A stretch of DNA of 63,599 bases, the filler included, from Lenisia limosa (lineage: Eukaryota; Protista; Breviatea), in assembly GCA_001655205.1 (NCBI GenBank). It is 11 parts of 11 records of this genome, joined end to end, with 100 filler letters (N's around TTAATTAATTAA, not from the genome) between each part and the next. Parts side by side here need not be neighbours in the genome. Positions count along the whole stretch, not along the records: positions 33,303 to 36,179 come from LPNZ01010381.1; positions 36,280 to 38,578 come from LPNZ01007943.1; positions 38,679 to 40,295 come from LPNZ01009239.1; positions 40,396 to 49,664 come from LPNZ01008938.1; 7 more parts are not named here. The stretch is one strand, 5' to 3'. The position numbers were made by a program, and so were the translations under genes. The notes under the pieces were generated by a model. That model was not told the origin of the DNA and did not search any database. It was given only the letters and a program-made list of their open reading frames with translations. Position 1 is the first letter of the stretch. Each line of letters opens with the position of its first letter. Below are positions 35,029-45,085 of the stretch, piece after piece.

Positions 35029-38000
35029 CTACTCAGAGTCTTCGTCAAAAACTTCAACTTCTCTGAGGGCCGCCTTTTCTCCGTTGCAAGCTGCTTGGAT
35101 CACCTATTTTTGGTCAAACACTTGAATAGAATGAAAAATCTATCTCAGAAAATCCCCCCCCCCCCCACNNNNNNNNNNNNNNNNNNNNNNNNNNNNNNNN
35201 NNNNNNNNNNNNNNNNNNNNNNNNNNNNNNNNNNNNNNNNNNTTGTATGTTTTGAGGTACTACTTAGAGAAAAGAAATCTCGTAAATTTAAGTTCTCACG
35301 AGAGTTGTCGTGAAAAGTCATCAACTCACGCTAAAAAATTAAAATAGCCGCCTGTTTCAACATCTAGTCAATTACCTCGGATCCCCATTCACGAAACTAC
35401 CTTACCTCCATAATTCAACAGATTGTTTAATAGAGCTTGGGCTCTTCCATCTCATTTAATATTTCCCTTTCGGTTCCAACAGACTGACACAATATCGAGG
35501 ATTTATCGAGCATTCAGTCTTTTTTGGAACCGAAAGGGAAATATTAAATGAGATGGAAGAGCCCAAGCTCTATTAAACAATCTNNNNNNNNNNNNNNNNN
35601 NNNNNNNNNNNNNNNNNNNNNNNNNNNNNNNNNNNNNNNNNNNNNNNNNNNNNNNNNNNNNNNNNNNNNNNNNNNNNNNNNNNNNNNNNNNNNNNNNNNN
35701 NNNNNNNNNNNNNNNNTTTTGGCTGACAACACACAAGGGGATAACAACAAAACAAACAAAGGCCAGGCCAGTCGCTTCTACAGCACCTCATCTCATCACT
35801 CTACCCTCTCCTTTCCAATGCAGTTAATAAACATCCCCTCATATTGCACTTGACCAACAGACCTTCAAAACGAAGGTCTTAAGACCCCAGCAGAAAGTCC
35901 GGATCCAAGACTGCAGGTCCAGCTGACGGACATCATGGTTGAAGATCTCACTAAACAACATAATATTGCGGAAATAGCAGAAGTAGCAGAAATAGGAGAG
36001 TGTGACAAGAGAACTGTGAGTACCTCCGGAAAGTGATATACTATATACTATACTATATCATATATATATAGCAATGAGAAATGAAAAAAATAAGGTTGTA
36101 TCTACCATCAAGCTTATAAGAGATATTGGATTATAGTATATTAATACTAATTCACCCAATCTTTTGCCTACAACTCTATNNNNNNNNNNNNNNNNNNNNN
36201 NNNNNNNNNNNNNNNNNNNNNNNTTAATTAATTAANNNNNNNNNNNNNNNNNNNNNNNNNNNNNNNNNNNNNNNNNNNNTACAAAGTAGGGGCGAATAAT
36301 TGGGTGAATTAATTATATACTATACTACAATCCAATATCTTTTATAGCGTGACAGCCTTATTTTTTTTATATTTCTCTTTACACCCCCCAACCTAGAGAG
36401 ATAGGATGACACGTCAGCGAGTCTGACTAGGGACAGACTAAGGTCGGCCGGGAAGCACGTCTCCAGAGGAAGGGGCTGTGCAGTGACAAGAAGGGTTTCA
36501 TAGGGAGGTATGGGGAAAATGTGGAGTACCGTTATATTGGAAACTCTCACTCAAAACTAGGGCTTCACTTGGGTTAAAAAAAGACTGGTAAAATATCGAT
36601 TGTTATTGAGGATTTATCGAGAAATTCAGTCTTTATAAAAACCGAAGTGAAGCCCGAGTTTTTTTTACCCAGTACCACCCAAGTTTCATAGCACTTAAGC
36701 AGGAAACTACCAAAGACGTTATATTCCCCATACAGCGAGTTGGGGCGATGGAATCAACACCAAGGGTCGTGAGGAGACCTCTGCGTCCACTGGGGGGTAC
36801 AATTAAAAATCGCGTATAAAAAAAACAACAACAAAAAAAAAAAGCCCAAAATCAACTTTGTTGGCTGACAACACACGAGGGTTGAAAACAACAAAACAAA
36901 CAAAGGCCAGTCGCTTCTGCAGCTCCATCGTGAAAAATTTATTTAACAATCATCATCATCATCCCGCCCTTTAACCATCATCATCATCATCCCGCCCTTT
37001 AACCAACACNNNNNNNNNNNNNNNNNNNNNNNNNNNNNNNNNNNNNNNNNNNNNNNNNNNNNNNNNCGCATGCCAGAACGACATGAGGGAGTTGAAGTGC
37101 GAAGATCGCCCTCTCCCCCCGGCCCGACTTGATGGCGTCGTCTGCGGGGATTAAAAAAAAGGGGAGTAGAAATAGAAATATAAATGAATCATGTAGGAGG
37201 GGGGGACTTGATACGAGGGGGACCTCGACAGGTCTCAAAGAAAATAAATGATAGAATTATCTGTTGAAAAGACTTTTTTTTAAAGCACAAAACACTGAAC
37301 AGTTAATTAAAGTAGAGTAATTAATGTCAATTCTTCGGCGATTTGACGATCTGAAGGACCAGGTGAGGGTTTTGTCTTGGGCCCTTGTTAAAACTCCTCC
37401 TTGGGTGCGCCTCCTGATGTCTTTATCCTGTTTTATAGAACAACTATACTGTAATAAGAATTTCAGTCAAATAAAATCGCCCAATCTTACTTATCTTGAT
37501 GTCCCCGTTATGAACCCGAGCTTTATCAATCATTATTGGAATCCTCCTCATTATCAAGGTACAAAATGACTTGGAGCCTCTAAGGCTTAGCGTCAAAAGC
37601 TTTCCTGACTTTGGCTCACTCGCTATTGAGGAGAAAATCTCGTCTTTATATTTTCTTGCTGAGGACAAAAGCGTTCTACGTTATCTTTTTGAGTCCACCG
37701 CAGCTTATCTTGTTAACGTAAGAAGGCATTGGGGATAATTCCTCTGAACTTAGTGAAAATAAAAACGACACAGTAAACTAAGCTATCAGTATTTATACTA
37801 TCAACCTGAAACACTCCATTAATTTAACCCAAATGCTTAGCATTACTTGTTCTTAATCTCACAGACCCCCAATGTGCTAGACTCTGCCAGAGAGAAGGCT
37901 TTGACCGAAGGTCGTCTGATGCAGCATGCAGCTTCCCTTGATGACAAGGCCTTCCATCCAGGCATAGTCTGGAACATGGATGAGTCCATGGTTGACGTCT

Positions 38001-41000
38001 CCGCCATGTGAAGACCAAGGTTATCCAGCTCAAGGATGCTTAGAAGACCGACGGCAAGACCCCATTGGAACCATTGCGTTTGCAGGATCAACATAAACTG
38101 CTTTATACTAAGGAAAATGGGAAGGGTAATAATAAAGCAGTTGGAGTGATATTTGGGAGGGGTATTTATGTTACTTGTGAGGGGGGGGGGGAGNNNNNNN
38201 NNNNNNNNNNNNNNNNNNNNNNNNNNNNNNNNNNNNNNNNNNNNNNNNNNNNNNNNNNNNNNNNNNNNNNNNNNNNNNNNNNNNNNNNNNNNNNNNNNNN
38301 NNNNNNNNNNNNNNNNNNNNNNNNNNNNNNNNNNNNNNNNNNNNNNNNNNNNNNNNNNNNNNNNNNNNNNNNNNNNNNNNNNNNNNNNNNNNNNNNNNNN
38401 NNNNNNNNNNNNNNNNNNNNNNNNNNNNNNNNTTTTTTTTTGTTTTCAGATAGTGCCTGTTATTTAGTCTTGTTTTTATATTTTGAAAGAGTTTTGATAT
38501 AGTTTTGATCTGAAAGTCTTGAATAAAGCTATAACTGACTTTGTATTATCAGTATTGGATACTATATATTAATGAAATNNNNNNNNNNNNNNNNNNNNNN
38601 NNNNNNNNNNNNNNNNNNNNNNTTAATTAATTAANNNNNNNNNNNNNNNNNNNNNNNNNNNNNNNNNNNNNNNNNNNNCATATCCCATATATATATATCC
38701 TATCTTCTGTATCCTTATACCCTGACGTCTTTGCTGGTACCCCCCCCCCACCACGGCGGCGTCTTTGCTGGTACCGGGCCGGTATTCGATAATTCGCTCC
38801 GTCCAGTTCGTAATCCAAAAAGGCACCCAAAGCGAGAACTACGGGGAGGGGGAGTAAAGTTGGAAAATTTATAACAAAAAAAAGCCCAAAATCAACTCTG
38901 TTAACATGAGGGTTGAAACAACAAAACAAAAATAAGCCCAAAATCAACTAGTCCTTTCTCTGTAGAATGCTCACGTTTACGGTCAGTGTTTTTCACCCCC
39001 CCCCCTCTCTTTATTAGCATTATTAATGTTTTCTAACATTTCACGCCAACTTTATTAGCCAAGCCTTTCTCCTTGGAATGCTCGATGTTGACGGTCAGTG
39101 TTCGGTTGAAGTCATCAGATTGGTGCATAGAGGCAGTGGGATGCACAATGACGACTTGCGAGGGGGCCTGGGGTAAAGTTACAGTGGATAGCAGGGATAT
39201 ACTGTGAGGTAAACACAAAATTATAAAATATAACAAGTANNNNNNNNNNNNNNNNNNNNNNNNNNNNNNNNNNNNNNNNNNNNNNNNNNNNNNNNNNNNN
39301 NNNNNNNNNNNNNNNNNNNNNNNNNNNNNNNNNNNNNNNNNNNNNNNNNNNNNNNNNNNNNNNNNNNNNNNNNNNNNNNNNNNNNNNNNNNNNNNNNNNN
39401 NNNNNGACAAACAACAGCTGTACCAAAAATCCTATCGAGTTTGATAGTATTATTTGCTTCATATATTAATACTATTACATAATATATTTCAATTGTTAAT
39501 CGGACTATACATGATATGCATAATACATGTAGCTGTATGTACATACGCTCTCTTATTAATTGAACTTAAATATACTCTAATATTTAGGTCAAAATTCCTG
39601 CTAAAATTGATACCTTTTATATTCCGCCGCGCAGCGTATCAACTTGTGCCTAGCTATCAGCTTCATTGCGTCAAATTACTCAGAAAGCATTTTCCTTTCT
39701 GTCTCCCCTTTGACCCATTTAGCTGTTTCGATCAGCACCGCCGATCTTCAGGCGCCCCTCCATTTTTATTGTTATTTGATCCCCCCCCCCCNNNNNNNNN
39801 NNNNNNNNNNNNNNNNNNNNNNNNNNNNNNNNNNNNNNNNNNNNNNNNNNNNNNNNNNNNNNNNNNNNNNNNNNNNNNNNNNNNNNNNNNNNNNNNNNNN
39901 NNNNNNNNNNNNNNNNNNNNNNNNNNGAACCCACTCTATCACCAGTAAGGGCGAAGGGTGGGCTCCAGCCGAAGTTAACTTCTGCAATCTTCATCGAAAT
40001 CAGGGCTCTGAGAGGGTTAAAGGGGTCACTTTATCCTGTAATACATATTTTACCCCCCACAATATATATCGATATATTATTTATAGTGTCCGAGATAAGT
40101 CTTGACAGATTTGCCATGTGATTTCCCATGGAAAATCGGTCAATTCTTATCCCGTTCACTTGCTTCCCTTTGGTTCGAAAAAAAACTGAAGATCTCAAAT
40201 TCTCGAATTTTTTTACCGGTATTTTTCGAACCGAAGTGAAGCCCTAGTCATACCCCCTAATATTATTTAGTTACTCCTCCCACGTGGGGTTGAGCNNNNN
40301 NNNNNNNNNNNNNNNNNNNNNNNNNNNNNNNNNNNNNNNTTAATTAATTAANNNNNNNNNNNNNNNNNNNNNNNNNNNNNNNNNNNNNNNNNNNNGGAAC
40401 CGCCTGTTGTATTATCAACTAATATATAGCAATGAGAAATAAAAAAATAAGGTTGTATCTGGCCTGTTGTATTGGCTTTTGCAATAAAGTTTCGATTGAA
40501 GCAAGGATTATTCCCACCTAGTATACATACACAGTGACTGCGATAAGTCCTGACACGATAGACAAAGATAAGGATCAATATCCGGTGCGGGGACTTATCG
40601 CGTTCAGTGTATATAGGAAATATTAATTCAAAAGAATGACACAATATAAGGAAAAAATTGTCAGAAGAATGATCTAACTCTTGCTGTATCATTGCTATCA
40701 TGTACATATGTATGTATCATTTTTTTGAAACAAGAGAAATAATACACTTAAGGCATCTTGGGAAACAAATCATGATGATACATTTTTTGCAGTAATCTCA
40801 ATTGAATCAGGAATCATAAAGATCCGACAGTTAATACCTTGGGCATCAATGTTTTCGAAAAAGATCGGTAAACTATCGAAAAATATCAACGATTTATCGA
40901 AAAATTCACTCATCAATTAATAGATTTCTAAAAAAGAGAAAAAAAAATATACCAAATTTACCCCCACTACCCACTCGATAGGCGGAAGATGTGAGGTGTT

Positions 41001-41240
41001 GAGGGTAAGAGATGCCCCTTCAAAGGGCTGGAACTTCTTCTGTATAGTGTTAGGATATGGATGGAAAGATTACAACACCTTTGGGTATAGAATGATTTGG
41101 CTTCCTTGTTCGGAAGGTTAATGATGTAGTTAACTATAAGGGGGAAAGCGATAAGGCTAAAAATGAATTTGCAATTGAATAACAAAACACAAAAGAGATG
41201 TACCCAGGCGCTTATAGTCCACGCTTGAGATTTAAACATT
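35029..41240 (-). CDS. Divergent fatty acyl-CoA reductase (FAR/male-sterility)-like protein
   Basis: Exon 35950-35863 EIFNHDVRQLDLQSWIRTFCWGLKTFVLK matches the FAR C-terminal 'Sterile' motif. Upstream exons give, in order, VVIVHPTASMHQSDDFNRTLTVNIE, STMDSSMFQTMPGW, VVLAC/GRRGLLTTL, CFPADLSLSLVRLA, aligning with FAR motifs H.AA.V.F...N; PSIV...PGW; AAGKG.LRT; D.VPVD. Stop TAG at 35029-35031. Start (~41700?) unresolved. Confidence 0.6.
35420..35583. repeat. Perfect ~60-bp inverted repeat around a MITE-A remnant, ending flush at a gap
   Basis: AGATTGTTTAATAGAGC...CCCTTTCGGTTCCAA (35420-~35480) is the exact reverse complement of ~35523-35583. Confidence 0.85.
36065..36160 (+). repeat. Family E repeat copy
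   Basis: ATATAGCAATGAGAAATGAAAAAAATAAGGTTGTATCT...CTTATAAGAGATATTGGATTATAGTAT...CACCCAAT. Other copies or fragments at ~14277, 30806, 36298, 40424, 48136 and 56391/56645. Confidence 0.75.
36558..36657. mobile_element. MITE family A copy
   Basis: TAGGGCTTCACTTGGGTT...AACCGAAGTGAAGCCCGA. Confidence 0.8.
36826..36920. repeat. Dispersed intronic repeat, family F
   Basis: AAAAAAGCCCAAAATCAACT...ACAACACACGAGGGTTGAAAACAACAAAACAAACAAAGGCCAGTCGCTTC; related segments at ~31801, 35718, 38876 and 57860. Confidence 0.65.
40084..40246. mobile_element. Abutting MITE-B (40084-40161) and MITE-A (~40162-40246) copies
   Basis: GAGATAAGTCTTGACAGATTT...AAATCGGTCAATTCTTATCCCGTTCACT directly followed by GCTTCCCTTTGGTTCGAAAA...GAAGTGAAGCCCTA. 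Confidence 0.75.
40532..40609. mobile_element. Diverged MITE-B-related element
   Basis: CAGTGACTGCGATAAGTCCTGACAC...GTGCGGGGACTTATCGCGTTCAGTG followed by TA; different internal sequence. Confidence 0.6.
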
Positions 41241-43503
41241 GAAATAATAATAAGGTAAACAAAATCAGATGTTCCCTATGGTCTCCGGCGGAAGCAAATT
41301 GAGAAACTCTAAACAAATACAAAGATTGTAAGAAGAGGGAATCACTGAAGAAGCCAAAGTTCAGCTTATCGGTCATTTATTTCAGTAATAGAGGAATAAT
41401 CATGCTGAAAACAGAGAGAGAAGACAGCTAAGAAGCCCAGAGGAGGGAAAAAAGGAAGGGATCGCCAACCTTGAACCACATCGTTGAAGAGCTCCACAAT
41501 ATACTTGTATCAACCTGTGACGCTTATTCCTGCAATCAAACACCCAGAAAGGCTAAAGGGTAATTTTCAGATTGTTCGTCTTCAAAAGGGAAAGATCCTG
41601 TGATCTACATAGTTGAGTGACATGATCATACTTACCATATACAGTAAGTAGAGGCCTTGCTGTTCGAAAAAAGGCCCATTTTTGGTTCTTTTTGCACTAA
41701 GGATGACTGTTTGAACTGAGTGATTAGGGGTTTTAGAAATTGGGATAGTGTATAATTATTATATTAGTGACTGTATTTGAGCTGAATAACAAAGAGCTTT
41801 GTAATTTGCAGGTAATGGTACTTTCTCTTTGTTTTAGTATTCTATACTCGGTTCTTCTTTCATCAATATGTGGTAAGTAGGATTTATAAAACTGATCATT
41901 TATTGCGTTCCATTCGGATGTGATAATCATATCATTTGAAACATTTAGCACTCTCGTAATTGAATATCTATGTAATTATATATTTCATATTTGTTTCGAG
42001 TCATAAAATAACAACCTGCTATGAATAAATGCATTTAGACGAAAATATTTCATATTTTGGTTAAAGTCATTGAAAAACTTCCAAAATAAACACTTATTTA
42101 CGTTGCAATATCATTGTCTTTGATCAATGGCAGGTTGCATCCAGTTTTTGGTCGAAACCAAATTGATCTAAATGATAGATTAAACCCGCCAGATATCCAA
42201 TCCAGCCAGTTTAAAGAATGGGAAAAAATGGTAAGTTGTTGAGTCACTATTATTGCTTATCTGTTACTATTATTTTTGGCTGGCAATTGTTATTAGAACT
42301 TATAACATTTGCCAGCTAAGGAATAATAGAGCTTCTCGGCTACACATAATCAACTTTGGTAATCATTATCCTAACCAGAACTAAAAAGAGACTTTTGGTG
42401 TATTTTATTAATATTAAGTGAAAATCTTGATGTGATATATTTAAATATTTTGCAATTTTAGGTCAACCGCAAATATTTTGGCTGCTTTGATCAACTGTTT
42501 GAAACTGCGTCTAAAATTTAAGACCCATTCAATATGGCTACCAATTCAAACTGCAGAATAATAGCGTCACCATCAGTTGTATATATTTCAGAAATATTGA
42601 ATATACAGATAACTTTCTTAATAAAGGATTTATTGTGTACACTATTTTTCACATTCCTGATGACAAGCCGCCGTAACTATCGGAAACTATATTTCACCAA
42701 TGTGTCACAAAAACAATATTATATATTATGAAGTAAAACAGCCGCAGTAATATCTTTAGGAAGAAGGCTCTATATTTTGGAGAGACACAGCACTTTATAA
42801 AAGTTTGTGAGGATACTTGTTTTCACTAATTAGAGCTTCGTTTTTGGAGCTATCGCTATCATGAGAATATATTATTAAACATTGAGAAAAGTCGACTATT
42901 TAGTCACATAACAAAGTCCTTATTCTGTGTAGGTATTGGAAGTTCTTTAGACAAAGATGTTAAACGACACATGTTGGAGGATAAATGGCCTTCAGAAAAA
43001 TTTGAAATAGTAAAGGTTGGAGGAGTTGATAATTGGAATTAGTGTCGTGTCGGTCAATTATCAGATTCATATCAAGGTGGTCTCTAGGAGAACCAGTCCA
43101 CGCTATCACGTTTATAAGAGATGTATAGATTACATTATCTGGCCGATGCTGTCCATGTTATCCCATCTCTAAAAGATTTTGGATTTATGTCTTACCGAAG
43201 AGTCCACTTATATAAGAGATTTTGAAATAAAGTATCAATCTCCAAAGAACTAGCTTGATAATGCCATGCATAGCAAGGTCCTACTATTAATTACACTGCT
43301 TCAGCTGTCATTTTTGCTTAATTCAATTAGCTCAGATTATTGCCGAAGGTTTCTTTGCAAATTATGCAATAGATAAAGTCTGGACACTACTTGTTGGAAA
43401 TGGAGATCCAAGTGGTAAGCTAAAGTACCGCAATTTAACCAAGCTCTTCTGCCTTGTTTGTTTTTTGAGAATCTGCTTTATGGCTGATATTTGGAAAAAA
43501 GAC

Positions 43504-43655
43504 CACTACGGCGCATCGACTTGAAATTCCCTATATTATATGTGATTTCCATAAATTTCTTCAAATTTCCATAAAATACCATGGAATTCCCATGTAAAAT
43601 ATAATATGGAAATTCCAACGTTTTCACAAGAATCCCAAGTTGATGCGCCGTAGTG
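43504..43655. mobile_element. CACTA/CMC-type MITE
   Basis: CACTACGGCGCATCGACTTG ... CAAGTTGATGCGCCGTAGTG (20-bp TIR, one mismatch), flanked by AC on both sides (2-bp TSD). A related left end lies at ~46691. Confidence 0.85.
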
Positions 43656-44565
43656 ACCCTCGCGAGTTCACAGGTTCCGTTGTCTTTTGTATATTGACTG
43701 TTATCATTTCCGAATTTCCCTTTTTAACAACCCTAGTTCAATTACCCGATTGTTCTAAAAATTACATATAAAGCTTTGTCATTCACAGTTGCCATTGCAA
43801 ATGGACATTTTCACTTGGCACACCTATTTTTAAATGTTGTTCTAATGACTAATCAGGTTGAAGCACATTACTTTCGCAATAGAACTGAAACAGTTTTGGC
43901 TCTCGTTCGAAAAGCATTTGTGAATAATTTCGAGATTGAAGGATAAAGTACCTGAGTTCCTTTGGCTATTAGATTATTATGAGAAGCTTGGAAGACACAT
44001 TGATAAATTATGCATTTGCCATGTTAAAAAAGACGCAATTCTATTTTTAAAGCGCCTTAATGGTTTGTTGTTAGTTTTCTTATCAGTTTACGATTTGGTT
44101 GTTGTGAAATGTGTAAAGAAACTGAACATGCCCAAAGCTGAAGATCCATTTTACCAGGTTGGTTGAGTGGTTTTTATCAAGTATAAAATAGTATCAAACA
44201 CTAATTAAATGTACATGTTTAGTTTATTATAGCGAGAACGCTATTTCAGATATTGTCGATTGACTGCATTGAACCCGAAAAATAACAAAATCAGGTCCTC
44301 TCAGATGAAGAATTCCTATTATTTTCAAATCTCAAAATCAGGTATGATTATGTAGGCGACCGTGGTATTTAATCTCTTTTAGTTTACTGCAGCTAAGAAT
44401 AATCATTCTGGGGGAATTTTTATTGGCTGAGGGATGAGTGATAAGCTTAAAACGCACCTTATGGAAAATGGCTTGACGATTAACAACACGAAATATGAGT
44501 GACCTGCTATTGATCTTTTTATAATGGTGGGTACACAATACACTACAATGGCTATATATATAGTT

Positions 44566-45085
44566 AAAGCTCCAGACATCATTCAAAATTCACCGGGCAC
44601 ATCAAAACTCCCGGACAGCTTGAGTTTTTCATCTAAAATCATCATAAACCCTATTTCCCTTTTATTTTCGAAAGTAATTTTAGTCTTAATCAAAGGATGA
44701 AACGCCAATTTCATATATTTTCGGGTCAAAACCAAATTAAGTGTCTAAGCCGTCTGTTTAAGGCCCAAATACTGCCAAAACACAAAAAAACTGTGATAAA
44801 AGGACCATATTCAAGGAAAATATGGCAACTATCCTGGGGAGTCTAAAAGAGGGTAAGTTATGAAAAAAATTCTGTAAAAGGCAGAAGGGGACTCCCGGGA
44901 GACCAAATTCACCGATTTTTGACATTTGCTCAAAAAAGTTGGGGAACATTAGGAGCTCCATTTCTCTATGTATCTGTCGAAGCAGTTTTTCACAAAACAC
45001 TAACAATGGCCTTTATTAGGTGTTAACTTCAAGCTGTCCGGGAGTTTTGATGTGTCGGCGAATTTTAAATGATGTCCGGAGCTTT
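44566..45085. mobile_element. ~520-bp non-autonomous element with ~57-bp terminal inverted repeats
   Basis: 44566-44623 AAAGCTCCAGACATCATTCAAAATTCACCGGGCACATCAAAACTCCCGGACAGCTTGA is the near-exact reverse complement of 45029-45085. No ORF inside; TSD not resolved. Confidence 0.75.

Noticed and set aside
43175-43183. DFG tripeptide suggesting a protein kinase or Crinkler-like pseudogene at 42600-43400
   Set aside because: No HRD, VAIK or Gly-loop in register; surrounding remnants fit ankyrin repeats better.
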